Source: Callorhinchus milii
Lineage: Eukaryota
Assembly (NCBI RefSeq): GCF_018977255.1
Contig: NW_024704742.1
Location: 87,918,001 to 87,982,000, forward strand
Reading direction: 5' to 3'
DNA length: 64,000 nt
Under the pieces are notes generated by a model. That model did no database searches. It saw only the letters and a list, made by a program, of their open reading frames with translations, and had not been told where the DNA came from. This document shows, in pieces, positions 11,200 to 24,529 of this stretch (positions are counted from its first letter, which is position 1; each line of letters starts with the position of its first letter). The position numbers were made by a program, and so were the translations under genes.

Positions 11200-12005
11200 G
11201 GCATTTGATTTAGCACCTCATCGCGTTGAAACGTGAATAACACTTCATAGATGACTAATTTTTATTTGGGAGACTGTTAACCAAGGAACCAGGACACCCT
11301 TCTCTTTTTGAATACAGTAAAACTCACATAAGTCTTATCTTTATACATCGGATAATCCCCTAAACCGTACATTCACCCAAGTCCCATTCAGTTTACTATC
11401 AAAGCCACTTAGATTTATTTGCACTACTCGTATTAATCACCTCCCAACTCGAAAAGCTGCTCCCCTATGCTCTATTACTCCCACACTTACCGGCTGCATC
11501 GAATCGCAGGAAATGTAGTTTTGATCCTGCGATACATTCGCAGAAGAACTTCATTTTCCACGATTGAATGCAATTCCAACCTTACTGATAAGTCTGCATG
11601 CGGCCACGGATCAAGATGCATTGAATTGCTGGAAATGTATTCTTAACCTGTCACCGCATGCCCACTTACCGGCTACATTGAATTCTGCATATGCAGTGTA
11701 GATTATTGCTTAAATTGGATTTTATACGATTTACACAGTTTGCCTGCAATTCGAACTTTACTGAAGTCATATAAAATGTTATAGCGTCAACTGATTCAAC
11801 GTATGCAAGTTTTAATGTAGTGCCGTGGGTTCTTTATCATTTACCTGAACAGGCTGATGGTGGAACCTCAATTTAATATCAGTACCTCTAACAATGCAGC
11901 AGCGCACTTGAGTATCAGCCTGAACTATGTGAGATTAAAGTCCCAATGAGGGGCTTGAACCCAAAACCTTTTGACTTAGAAATGAGACTGTCACCAAGTG
12001 AGCCA
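11200..12005 (-). mobile_element. Deu-domain SINE interrupted by a MITE
   Basis: The halves ...cccttctctttttgaata | gtgccgtgggttcttt...acctgaacagg rejoin into the SINE consensus; head at ~11950-12005. Confidence 0.75.
11315..11817. mobile_element. Non-autonomous Tc1/mariner (pogo/Tigger-like) MITE with TA target duplication
   Basis: TA|cagtaaaactcacataagt ... acgtatgcaagttttaatg|TA gives a 17/21 inverted match including the TA. Internal repeats include cttaccggct(g/a)cat(c/t)gaat. Confidence 0.8.
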
Positions 12006-12945
12006 CAGTCGCTATGCTGGAGGAGGGGGTTGAAAACAGATGCCAAATAATAAACTGACTTCTCTTTAAAATTATAATAGCTATTTTGTTCACAAGTTAC
12101 AGTGCAGTGATTCTCATCGGATGTTTGAGCACATAAGCCAGCGTGTAACAGGGATAAGATCCATCTTGATTGATTGACCCGAGTTATTTATGTGGAAAAG
12201 GGGAATCAAAGTAGTGTTCTCCCCAACTTCAATGTCCTGACTGTCTGTCTCTTCCTCCCCCCACCCCAAACCCACACATCAGCTCCTGTCTGAAACCATG
12301 AAGAGAAGGATGGGAGCAAATAATCTGTTGACAGTGAATGGTTGTCAGTTCTCCAGAGAATCAGTGAATACTGATTTTATTGATGCCGTGTTAGCTGTGT
12401 GGACCTTGGATCATTTACAGTGGAGCTGGAGCCAGAGGGGAGAGACAAGTGGAGATCCAGGGGGAAGAAGGCATGACCTGGTGCGGAGGGGAGGGTGACC
12501 CGGGGAGGGGAGCAATGCCAGTGGGGTAGCAAACTGATGGCTGTTGCCTGGCTGACAAATGACAGACATGTGACTAGGCATTTTGGGGTGGGGGAAGTTT
12601 GGGGGTCAGACGTCTCCATTGTCAAGGTAGCTCCTGGTTAAGGCGTCTCGTGAGGGGAGAGCGGAGGAGAGTCTCTGCACTCTAACGTGTGATAATCACC
12701 GAAGGATCAGTGGATCCTGCAGATAACCTGAGCTAACCTTGGTCAGCCTGATGGATCAGATTGGGGTTCGCTGCCCCTGAAGCTGGCCCCAATCCAGCTT
12801 TCCATGCAAGTGGGGAATGGGATCGTTTTCCGAGCAGAGGTCCAGAGGCCTGGCACGCCCCGGCACCTGGAGGATTAGTTATTTAGAAATTGTTTTGTGG
12901 ATACAGTAAGTTGGAGGCCTCCATGACGGACTCAATGATCTAAGA

Positions 12946-13190
12946 CAGGGAGGTCCAACCAGCGGCCGATGGGCCGCATCCGGCCCCCAAACGATTCCCA
13001 ACTTCATCAGCTGATGAGCAAATACAAGTGCCACTCAGGCCCTGAGCCAATCAGGAGATGGTCACCAGGGCCTCAGGCTCTGCCCAGCAATGGGACTGAC
13101 CCATCAGGATAAAATATTGCTTACGTGGCCCACCGACATTTCTAAAACCTGACATCCGACCCTCAGCAGCCAAAAGGTTGGACCAACCTC
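12946..13190. mobile_element. hAT (Charlie-like) MITE
   Basis: TIRs cagggaggtccaacc and ggttggaccaacctc, subterminal gggccgcatccggccc motif. No clear TSD. A related terminus lies at ~11100-11154. Confidence 0.7.
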
Positions 13191-14224
13191 AGCTCCTCCA
13201 GAGTATCAGTGAACCCTGGCACTATAATCGAGCACCACACCCCCACCCCATAATGCAAGGGTTTGGGGCCATAAACTGAAATCTCACATTATAACATGGC
13301 CGCTAAAAAAAATTAGTTTCCGGGTTGTCAGGTCACCCCTTCCGTCACTTCCTGTGCAGCACTTTGTGCACAAAACGCAGAACATCAGCACTTTAGCCCA
13401 CGTGCACACAACATGCAGAAGACCATCTGTACACTGTGTATTCCGCTAGTACACCACTTGTCCACTGCACACCCGCACTGTAAACAGACCTACGCTGGAC
13501 AGAAGCACATTACGGTGGGGTCGTGGGGGTCGATGAGGGAGTAACTGGCTGATCACCATCCTACAAAGAAAATTGGCCACTCACCCCATGGCTGTTTGTG
13601 ACACTGCTGTGTGCAACTGCCTGCTCCATTTTGCCCACAAAACACAAGGTCAATTCACTTTACAGTATATTCTGTGAAGCGCTTTGAAACGTCTCAAAGA
13701 TGTGATAAGGCGCTATATCAAATGCAAGGATTATTATTATTACTACAAGTCCTCCTACAGTGGTTTCATCTGCTTCAATTCCGGCAATAACTATTCCTAA
13801 TGCCACTGCTTTTCCCATCCCTCCTCTTGTGCTCTCCGGGCATAGGCAACAGAAACTGTGAGAGAAACAGATCACTCGAGAGCTCACAGACACTCTGCTC
13901 CCCTGAGTTCCCAGCACCTGTAGCTCAAGGTTGCTAACGCACGGTGAAAGGATTCTCCACTTGTCAGACTCTTCCCCCATACGTACCCACACACACACAT
14001 ACATACACACACATGCATATGTCCACATTTCATTTAATAAACACTCAAATACCCACAGAGTGAGTAGGAGTCCCACTCAGTGACTTTAGGAAAGGAAACA
14101 CTGGAAAGTCTGGTGCGAGTGGGTTAGAAAGGTTTAAAATTCACTGTCTCTGTTTCACTCAGAGTGAAGGGCATGTAAGGGGCACTCAGAGATGACAGTG
14201 CTAATAACTGAGCCAGCCTGACAC

Positions 14225-14435
14225 AAGAAAGCAAGAGAAAAACATAGAGGGCGAGAGACAAGGAGAGAGAAATAGGTAGCAAGAGAGAAAAAGACTATAA
14301 GAGCGAAACATAGAGAGAGGGAGGGAGGGAGGGAGAGAGAGAAAACGATGGAAGAGAGAAAAAGGCATAAGAGATAGAAAAAGATAGAAAGAGAGCGAAA
14401 CATAGATAGAGTGAGAGAGAGAGAAAGAGAGGATA
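14225..14435. repeat. GA-rich low-complexity tract
   Basis: Purine-rich degenerate (GA)n/(AGAT)n sequence. Confidence 0.85.
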
Positions 14436-14901
14436 TACTGAGACGACCATATACCAGCATAAATGTGCAGACAGGTCATGTCTCATGAGGTAGTTACAAT
14501 CAGCTCACAAATGTCTCTCGCATCGACCAGTTGAGGGTGAGTGCCTGTTGGAGTAGCTAACCCAAAAGCTTTTATGCTGAAGTTCAGGAGAGTACAATAT
14601 AGCGGAGCGCTCGGGGCAGCTGCCTGGAACTGAGATATCACTGATGTCCCGGCCACAAATTACCTGGTTGTCCCCTTCCACCTCCCCACAGTCTTGCTGT
14701 ATCAGCCAGGTCTCTCCCAGACCACTTGCGATCAGCTCATCGACTACAGTCGCGGGAAAAGCATTTACAACTAAAATTGTTACAAAGGAATTTTTTTTCA
14801 AAATGTCTAATATAAACAATCTAATAACTAACTCATATTTTTTGACTAAGAGGAAAAATCCACTATATTAGTGCTTTTTTTTGCTGGAAAATGCATTTGT
14901 A

Positions 14902-15335
14902 CTAATAATCCTTACATTTAGTTTAGCACATTTTTAATGTTGGGACTTCGCAAAGAGCTTCACGGGATATACTGTAAAGTGTAGTGATTGCGTATTTTGT
15001 AGTAAACGCAACAGCCCAATTGTGCATAGCAATGTCCCACAAACAGCCCTGAGGTGAATTTTATTTGGGGGATGTGTAGGCCAGGACACTGGGAGAAACT
15101 CCCTTCTCTTTTCGAGTAATGCCATGGGATCTTTAACATCCACCTGAACAGGCAAACTGGGCCGAAGTTTAATATCTCATCCGCAGGACGGCACCTCTAA
15201 TAGTGCAACACCCCCAGCACTGCATTGAAGCGTCCGCCTAAATTGTAAGATAAAAAGCCCCGATGTGTAAAGATGTACACTTTACAACCTTCTGACTCGA
15301 AGGTGGGAGTGCTACCACCTGAGCCAGGCTGACAC
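14902..15335 (-). mobile_element. Deu-domain tRNA-derived SINE
   Basis: Minus-strand head tgtcagcctggctcaggtggtagcactccc, Deu core aggtgccgtcctgcggatgaga..cctgttcaggtggatgttaaagatcccatggca, and tail. Confidence 0.85.
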
Positions 15336-15514
15336 CTAAAAGATAAGATTGGGATCAGCTGTAAAATCCACAATGGCAGATAGTCTCTCAACATCAACTG
15401 ATTCAACTCGCAAGTGATGAATGGAATATTCACTTTGACAAGATATTGGCAGAGACGGATGGCACCACACCCCTACCAGCATGGCTCAGCATCTCCGGGA
15501 GAAAGCGAAAACAT

Positions 15515-16900
15515 GTTTAATAGAGGTGTTCAAAATGATGAGGGGTTTTGATACAGTAGATAGGGAGAAACTGTTTCGTCTGGCGGGTGGGTCAGTAACC
15601 AGAGGACAGATTTCTGCAAAAGATGCAGAGGGGAGACGACGAGGAGAGTTTTTTTTACTCAGAGTTGTTGAGGTCTGGAATGCACTGCCTCAAAGGGTGG
15701 TGGAAGCAGATTCGATAATAGTCAACGTTAACAAGACCGAAGGCAGATGGATGCACACTTCACCTTACTAAGCCTTGGTGTCTTGTTTGACCCTCAATTG
15801 TCCTTTCTACCCCACATACGTGCCATGACCCGCTCTGCCTTCCCCCACCTCCACAACATCACCCGGCTCCAACACTGTCTCACACCGCAGGCCACCAAAA
15901 CCCTCATACATGCTTTCATAACATCCAGGCTCGACTATGCGAACTCCCTGCTTGTCGGCCTCCCCAACTCCTCCCTCCTTAGGCTGCAGATCATCCAGAA
16001 TTATACAGCCCGTGTCCTGTCCCGCACCAGACTCCGTGACCCTATCATCCCCATCCTCGCCCGACTCCACTGACTTCCCATCACGCAGAGGATACCGTTC
16101 AAAATCGTGGTCCTCACTTTCAAAGCCCTCCATGGTCTTGCTCGCCCTTACCTCTACGACCTCCTAACCTCCTACCAACCTGCCAGTTCTCTCTTCAAGA
16201 CCTATCTGAAGACCCTCCTCTTTGACCTTGCCTTCGGTCGTCCTCCTTTCCCCCCCCGCCCTCAACCCTCCCCAATCCTGACCCCCAGTTCGGGTCTGAA
16301 ACACTGATTGTCCAGCACCTTGGGATGTCCTTCTGATGTGAAAGGCGCTATGTAATTTTGTTGTTGTTTGTTGTTAGCTTTCAAAGGGGAACTGGATACA
16401 TACAATACAGTACAAATTATATTTGTATAGCGCCTTTCACATTGGGCTGGTCATTGATTTTGGACCCGAGCTGAGAGTCGGGATTGGGAGGGTGGAGGGT
16501 AGGGATGGTAGGAGGGTGGTTGATGGCTCAGTTGAAGAGGAGGGTTTTGAGACGTACCTTGAAGGAGGCAAAGGAGGGAGTGAGATAAAGGAAATGTGGG
16601 GTGGAATTCCATAGGGTGGGGGCAGAAAGGCTGAAAGTCTGGATGCCGATGGTGGGATGGGCCGAGCCGGGGACGTCGATCAGGCCAGAGCCTGCTGAGT
16701 GGAGAGAGCGGACAGGTTCATTTGGGATCAGCTGGTTACAGAGGTAGGGCGGGGCAAGGCTGTGGAGGTACTTAAAAAGGTTAAATTTATAGGGGTATGG
16801 GGTAAGAGTGGGACTAATTGGATAGCTCTTTCAAATAGTCGGCACGGGCACAATGGGCTTAATGGTCTCCTTCTGTGCTGTAGGATTTTATGATTCTATG
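15515..16900 (+). mobile_element. CR1 3' end split by two nested L2 insertions (L2 on + at ~15722-16378; L2 on - at ~16404-16768)
   Basis: The CR1 pieces LIEVFKMMRGFDTVDREKLF...gattcgataatag | ctttcaaaggggaactggatacatac | tacttaaaaagg...ttttatgattctatg are collinear. L2 protein motif HAFITSRLDYANSLL and (GTT)n tail. Confidence 0.85.
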
Positions 16901-17663
16901 TTGAGGGAGGAGAGGGAATAGGAGAAGAAAAATCGGAATACATACTAACTCCTAAGCTTTTTCAAGTACATTTCTGCCCATTGCAACTAAACATTCATCA
17001 CTGTCTCTGCAGAAGTGTAGTAGATGTTCGGATCGCTGAACTGCATGGAAAGTAAAGACAGAGGGAGTATTTGAGTGGGCTCAGGGTGAAGGGAGCCTTG
17101 ATGCACATGGGTTGTACCTCTCTGTGCAGGGGTAACCAAACACCGAGCCACTGCCACTAATCTCATCCTACCATGAAGACAAAGTCATTAACAAAGGAAG
17201 GTAATTCATATCGCTCAATAAAGCATCAATCTGATTATATTCATACTGCGCGCACATAACCTCGGGCTACATTCCTGGGACCAAATAAAGCGATTCCAGC
17301 ACCCATGAGCAGGTTTGGAAAATGCAGTTTCCACTGCAACCACAATTACATTGGTCTCAGTTCACCTCCAGAGAGAGAGAGAGAGAGAGAAAGACAGTCC
17401 AGACTGGTTTTACAAATCAGATGAAGCAAATCGTTTAAGATTGTTAGCAGCTCTCCTCATCTCTGAGAAGCACCGACCCACACAAAGTGGGATGTTTTTT
17501 AAAAGCACTGCAGCACCACACGTCAAACTTATGTTCATTTCTTCCTTTTGATCTTTCTTCCTTTGTGGCCTCACCCACAGGAGGTGAAAAATGCGATGTT
17601 TCGTAGCAAATTTCGTATGAAATTTCAGACGATTACATTGATTCATTTATAACATTACATTTT

Positions 17664-17803
17664 CCACACACACACATTTATATAAACATAAGTCACACAC
17701 ATACATATACACGTATATTCACACACACACATATACACACATAATCACACACACAAACATAACAGTCACACACACATATGAACACACAGACAATCACACA
17801 CAC
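17664..17803. repeat. Degenerate (CA)n/(CATA)n microsatellite
   Basis: Read directly from the sequence. Confidence 0.85.
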
Positions 17804-19150
17804 CTTCTCATTTTCCCTAGTCATTTTTCTCCTTCCTTCCCTACCTTTCCTCTTTTATATTCTACTGCTTATATGGAAACAGAGAATGTATCTGTTTGAT
17901 CACCGTAGAAGAGCAGCACTCCTACCTCCAGGGCTATGGCCTGGGATCTTACCTAACCTGTCTGACCTTTAGGGGCAGGATGGACACCACATATTTCAGT
18001 GTGTAGGTGAATGGGGCTAATTCTACCAGAATGCAAAGAAGCAATTTGCTGCTTATCATCTCACTTCAGACATGGCTGGATGCTGAAAGTGCTTGAAACG
18101 TAAATTACAGCATGAAATTCACAGGAACACTTTTGAATTCAAATTGCAGTTGCTTGTGGATTAAGCTTTTCCCCCAAACGTGAAATAACCAACTGTAAAA
18201 ATGGCTTCAATTTACCTAGAACTGCATCATCACAACACTTTCAGTAACATTTTCTGAAGCTCTTTGAGGCATTTTGTCACTATGATGAAGCGCTCAAATG
18301 CAAGTATATTATTATTATTAATGTTATCAATAATAGTCTCTTAAATTATTAACATCTTAGATTCAGGCTTCATTTTGGAAGCAGGTTTTCCATAGTTCTT
18401 CACAAAGAATCAGCTTAAGTTTAAGGATTTTCCACCATTTATGCCAAATCTTAAGACAAAAGTTGTCTTACAGGCTAAGACTGCTCGGAATTTGGGGCCT
18501 TAGTTCCTTCATCCTGTTGAAGAGTACAGAATCGTAGAACTTTACAGCACAGAAGAAGGAGGCCATTCAGCCCATCATGCCTATGTCGCTTCTTGGACAG
18601 AACTATTTACACTTTACAACCCATTACACTTCTCTTTCCAAACATTGCCATGGGATCCTTAACACCTTCCTGAACCGGACAGCGAGACCTTCTTTTAATG
18701 TCTCATCCAAAAGACAATTTACCTAGTAAAAATGCAACGTACCTCCAGCACTGTGCTGGAGTGTCAACCGAGACTTTTCACCCTGTTCAGGTTCCGCCAC
18801 TGTTAAGCACTTTTATCCAATTATTTCTCCAATATTTTTCCTAAAATCTTTTACAGATTCTGCTTCAACCATCACTATCAGTAGGGCATTCCACATCCTG
18901 ATGGTCCTGTGAACCCAAGGTACCCAAGAATGCTTTCCTTCAAGCTGGCACCTACAGATCGCCACCACCACACAATAAGCCGATAAAGGTAACAACTACA
19001 GAGCCAATTAGGTTTCAAACACTCCCTTCCAGCGCTTTGAGATGTCCTCTCAATGTGAAGGCGCTGTATCAAATGCAAGGATTAAATTGTTACTATTATT
19101 TGTGCAACTATTACAAAAACAAATGTTTACTGCAGTAGTTTTACAAGGAG

Positions 19151-19473
19151 TGGGGTCCTGTAGCTCAGTGGTTAGAGCACTCACTTTGCAAGTGAGAGAC
19201 CTGGGTTCAATTCCAGGCCGGGCTAAACCTTGGGCAAGTTTCCTTACTCCACACACCTAATAATAATCCCTCCAAAAACCAAAAACAATAATAAAAATTG
19301 GTCATTTTCAATTTACGACTGTTTGTGGGACATTGCTGTGTGCAATTGGCTGCCACGTTCGCCCACAAATATACAGTCAATTCACTTTACAGTGTGTTCT
19401 GTGAAGCGCTTTGGGACATCCTCCTGACGTGAAAAGCGCTATATCAAATGCAAGGATTATTATTATTATTATT
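19151..19473 (+). mobile_element. tRNA-headed SINE (family A), internally deleted; an inverted partial copy follows at ~19515-19745
   Basis: gggtcctgtagctcagtggttagagcactcactttgcaagtgagagacctgggttcaattcc tRNA-like head and (ATT)n tail. Confidence 0.85.
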
Positions 19474-19859
19474 AAGGTGTTGACATAACACGTAACATAA
19501 TAATATTAATAATAGTTGAATATATTATAAAGTGAATTGACTGTATATTTTGTGGGTGAAACACAGAAGCCAATTGGTTACAGCAGTGTTCCACAAAGAG
19601 TGATGGAATAAGTGACCAATCTTTTTTGAGGGATTATGACTCCTGGAAAGTGATCCACCAATCGACTAACAACCGGGTTCCTACTTACTGCTAGGTTAAC
19701 AGAGGGGTGTGGAGTAAGGAAACTTGCCTAAGGTTTCGCCCTTGTGTGTGGGAAAGTGAAATATTTTAAGTGTGCTACAGGAAGGAGCACTCGGTGTGTT
19801 TCTTTAAGAATGATCTCAACAAATTGCACCAATCGAGCCAGAAACACAAATGGAGTGCA

Positions 19860-20287
19860 GTTCTGGCCGGGCTCCACTGGCTCCCCATCACCGAATAGAT
19901 CAACTTCAAGATCTTCACACTTGTGTTCAAATACCTTCACTCTCTGGCACCTCCCTACCTCTCCGACCTCCTCAATCCCCAATCCACCACCTGGTGCCTC
20001 CGCTCGACTGGCACCGACCTCCTGCTCGTCCCTCGCACCCTCCTCCCAACCATCGGAGGTCGCGCTTTCAGCCACTACGCCCCCAAACTCTGGAACACTC
20101 TCCCTCAATCCCTTGGCCTTGACCCCCCTCCCCTTTTTCAAGTCCCACCTAAAATCCTTTCTCTTTGCCTATGCTTATGGCCACACACCCACCCCCCCAG
20201 CTCGGAGTCAGGTTCCGCCACTGTGAAGCACTCTGAAACGCTACCCTGGATGGAGGGCGCGATATAAGTGCAAGTTGTTGTTGTTGT
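19860..20287 (+). mobile_element. L2 LINE 3' end
   Basis: FKYLHSLAPPYLSDLL..IGGRAFSHYAPKLWNTLP; tail gtgcaagttgttgttgttg. Confidence 0.9.
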
Positions 20288-21068
20288 AATGCCCCAAGTA
20301 TGTAAATGTTGAAGATGTATTTCACCCTAATGCTTTGCACTTGAGTGACTCGTGACCACCATAAGGCCTTAACGCCAGATTTCATTGTCCGTAAACCCAA
20401 CACCATTCTCAACAGTATCCAAACCAGACTGAGTCCTCCCGAAGTGAAAGGTGCTATATAAATGCAATTTGTTGTTGTTGAGAGTTCCAGGCATTAAACG
20501 GAAAAGAAACCAAATGCTGAAGATCCCAAATAATAGCAGCAAACACTGGAAGTGCACACACCAGATCCAACTGGCTTGCAGAATCTGACCCGAAACATTA
20601 GCCTGTACTTTCTACATCAGATGCTGATCTGCACCTAAAGACTGGGCCACCCCACCGTTTCCAGCCGAGGCCAGAGCCACTCAGCCCCAACCCTCTGGAT
20701 CTCCCCTGCAATTTCTGCCCTGTCCAGCACAGTCTCTGTGAAGCGCTTTGAGAAGTTACCCTACATGAATGCACTGCATAAACAAAAGTTGTTATTGCTG
20801 TATGTTTCCAGGGTTTGCTAATTTTATTGCCAGTTTTAATGTGCTTATGTCAGCCTTCGCCCACAAAATAGAGTCTATCCACTTTACACTATATCCTGTG
20901 CACTTTGTGAAGTCTCGACGATACGATATAATAATAATAATCCTTGCATTTAATATAACACCTTATCACATCTTCGAGACATCTCAAAGTGCTTCACAGA
21001 ATATAATGTAAAGTGAATTGACTGTATATTTTGTGGGCAATATAGGCTGTATAGGCTCAAATACAAGG

Positions 21069-21104
<36 letters not shown>

Positions 21105-21844
21105 GCTTGGCTCAGTTGGTATTGCTTTCGCCTCTGAGTGATGAGATCAATTTGAAACTCCAATGCAGTACTAAGGGTGTGCTGCGATCCGACAATCGAC
21201 TAACAACCGGGATCCTACTTTCCGCTTGGTAAATAGAGATGGGTGAAGTAAGGAAACTTGCCTAATGTTTCGCCCAGCCCGGGAATTAAACCCTGGTCGT
21301 GTCGCAAGTGAGGAGAGTGCGTTAACCACTACGCTACAGGATTCCACGATCCTCCATTATAGAATCGATATCACATCCAAGGACTATTAGATAGCACTGT
21401 GTAGAGGTTGTAAATGCAAGTATCTGGTTCTTCTGCAAAAAAGTTTAATTGATTGAATGGTCTACATTGCCACTGGATTCTTCTAACGGAAAGGAAACTA
21501 CAGCACTTGCATATTTATAATGCGTTATCACATTGAAATGACTGAACGACTGCTATCAGGTAGTGACTGATCTTGTAGCTAAACACAGCAGTCAGTTTAC
21601 ATACACACATTGAACACTGCACAAGCCTGGCTAGCACCACCCTGTGGAGTAACTAACTGCAGCCCATTTGTTTACTGTATTATCACAATAAAATTATGAA
21701 TGAAATTGCATTTTCATGATCCCTTATAACAGCCGAAACATCTCAAACAGTCACATATAATCACTGTTTTTTCTTTTTTGCAGGCCAAAGTTAGAATGAG
21801 TTTTGAAATGTTGTGGGTTTTCACGTGATTCGCGTAAAAAAGTT

Positions 21845-22210
21845 CCCGTAACGTAGTGGTTAGAGAGCTTGCCTCGCAAGCGAGAGAACCCGGTTTTATT
21901 CCCGGGCAGGGCGAAACCTTAGGCACATTTCCTTACTTCACACACCTCTGTTTACCTAGCAATCAAATAGGAACCCAGTTGTTAGTCGATTGGAAGATTG
22001 CTTTCCAGGAGTAATAAAACCTCCCCAAAAAAATGTGGTCACTCAAACCACGACTGTTTGTGGGACACTCCTGTGCCCAATTGGCAGCCGTGTTTCACCC
22101 ACAAAATACACAGTCAATCCAATTTGCAGTGCATTCTGTGAAGCGCTTTCAGACGTCTTAATGACGTGATAAGGCAATGTATCAAATGCAAGGATTATTA
22201 TTTATTATTA
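21845..22210 (+). mobile_element. tRNA-headed SINE (family A)
   Basis: Head, body and tail as in the other family A copies. Confidence 0.85.
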
Positions 22211-22950
22211 TCACACCATCCAAACGTCTCAAAACACATCGCAGAATCTACTGTAAAGTGTAGTGACTGTGTATTTTGCAGGCGAATGTGGTAGCCCATT
22301 TCAGCCCAGCAATGTCCTTCAAACAGCCATGAAGTGAGTGAGCAAAATATAAAACATACATTCACTGCACTGCACAGTAAATCCTGTGAAGTGCTTTGAA
22401 GATGTCCTCCTGATGTGAAAGGCACTCTACCAAATGTATTTTTTATTATTATAATTATTATATCACTGCTGAGTGCAAGAGCTGCTAATACACTGGCTCC
22501 ATTAGCTGATGCTGTACCTTTTTGCTGCTGTTACTACAGGAAACCTATATGTATGATGGTAAAATGAATGAAATTCTGCAAGGTTATTTGGCATGGTTGA
22601 TTAACAGAATGTAATGAATCCAATATTCTACATGTGGTGAATTACTAATCTCGCTCATTGGAAGGAGAGGTGGAGATTCACACATGTAGAGGGGAGCTGG
22701 GACAATAAGTTATCCTCATTTCTCTCTCATGCACCTTCCAGAGACAGACAGACCCTTCACTGGCAGTGCCAGAGGCCGCAGAGTAAATTGTCCACCTGAT
22801 GTTTTAGCTCAAAAAGGCCTGGGACTTAGAAACCTAAATAAATAGGGGAAAAAAATGTAATTAAATTAAAATTAAATTAAATATATCGCCACCTTTTCAA
22901 CGCTCCAAGACCCATGAAGGAAGCTATATAAATATGAGTTGTTGTCGTTG

Positions 22951-22975
22951 NNNNNNNNNNNNNNNNNNNNNNNNN
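22951..22975. other. Assembly gap (25 N)
   Basis: Run of n characters. Confidence 1.
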
Positions 22976-23243
22976 GTGAATTGACTGTGTATTTTGTGGG
23001 TGAAACACGGCTGCCAATTGGGCACAGGAGTATCCCACAAACAGTCGTGGTTTGAGTGACCACATTTTTTGGGGAGGTTTTATTACTCCTGGAAAGCAAT
23101 CTTCCAATCGACTAAAACCGTGTTCCTATTGATGCAGGTAAACAGAGGGTGTAGAGTAAGGAATGTGTCCTAAGGTTTCGCCTGCCGGAATAACCCGGTT
23201 CTCTCGCTTGCGAGGCGAGCCTCTAACCACTGAGCTACAGGAC
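22976..23243 (-). mobile_element. tRNA-headed SINE (family A), truncated by the gap
   Basis: Its reverse complement is nearly identical to 21855-22118. Confidence 0.85.
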
Positions 23244-23799
23244 TTGTTTGCGTTCCCCTGCAAATGCATAGTCACTGCACTAAATACTGAGACGTCCTCC
23301 TGATGTTAAAGGTGTTATATCAAATGCAAGGTTTATTATTGTTGTTATGGTAGATGTCTTCCTAGTGGGCAGGCTCATCTTAGCTGGTTACTGATTGACG
23401 CCTTATTTGTGTATATTGTAACTTACAGGATATACACAGATGCCTCCATGGCTCAGTTTGTAGCAGTCTTGTCTCGGGGTCACAAACCAATAGGAGAAGA
23501 GTTTCCTCAGTGTCCTGGCCACGAGACCTCCAGATTGATTGATCATTCACTTCACTACTGTTTAGTGGGACACATAATGTGTTTCTTGTGTGTTTTCCAT
23601 TTGTTGACAGAATGAACGTAGTGCTGCTTAAATCCCATTTCATCAACTGTTTCACCAAATGGAAACAATCCAACTATAAACCAGCAATTAAATTTGCCAT
23701 ACTTTGACTAAATAAAGGAGAAAGATCAGCACAATCTTCTCCCTGTGTGATCATCGCAGACTTAACTCACGGCAAATGGTGCCTGGGATTTATAACTTA

Positions 23800-24370
23800 T
23801 AACAACAGCAACTTGCACTTATATAGCGCCCTCCATGCAAGGTAGGGTCTCAAAGCCGGGGGAGGTGCACCGGATGGTGGATTGGGGAGTGAGGAGGTCG
23901 GAGAGATAGGGAGGTGCCAGAGAGTGAAGGGATTTGAACACGAACGTGAGAATCTTGAATCTTGTTCGGTGATGGAGAGCCAGTGGAGCCTGGACAGAAC
24001 TGGTGAAATGTGGGTACGGAGTTTGATCCGGGTCAGTATGCGGGCGGCAGAGTTCTGAATGAGCTGGATCTTGTGAATAGTGGAGCTGGGGAGACCGGCG
24101 AGGAGTGTGTTGGAGTAATTCAAGCGGGAGGTCACAAACGCATGCACAAGGGTTTTGGCTGTATTTGGGGTAAGGCAGGAAATGTGGCGGAGGTGGAGGA
24201 AGGTGGTCCTGGTCAGGGACCAGATGTGGAGGACAGCTGGGGATTGAGCCAGGTGCCTAGATTGCACACTGTTCGGTGAGTCTGAGGGAGAGCCCAGGGA
24301 AGTTGTGGAGTTCAGATCCGCAGGATTGAAGACGTTGATGGGGACAAAGAGTATGACTTCTGGCTGTTCC
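23800..24370 (-). mobile_element. L2 LINE 3' fragment
   Basis: AKTLVHAFVTSRLNYSNTLLAGLP..IQLIQNSAARILT..SRLHWL; tail at ~23800-23830. Confidence 0.9.
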
Positions 24371-24529
24371 ACATAATAACCACAGCAAGGCCAAACACAA
24401 ACATGTGCAAAAAAATACCAACGCATGTTGCAACCTCCAGTCTGGAAATTATCAATTTAATTTTCAATGCAAATAAATTATCAATTTCATCCTCAATATA
24501 TTATCAATATATTGTGCCTTATCAGGTCA

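Noticed and set aside
13660..14076. ORF considered as carm1l exon 1 (MGEESDK..NLELQV)
   Set aside because: Its candidate donors are phase 0 where phase 1 is needed, and there is no convincing similarity to the CARM1 N-terminus.
14664..14770. Minus-strand exon-like segment (VNAFPATVVDELIASG..DNQ|gtaatt)
   Set aside because: Ends in phase 0, incompatible with carm1l exon 2, and has no recognisable homology.
19151..19225. tRNA-like sequence (also at ~7101, ~9571, ~21850 and ~23170)
   Set aside because: It is a SINE head that continues into the SINE body and tail, not a stand-alone tRNA gene.
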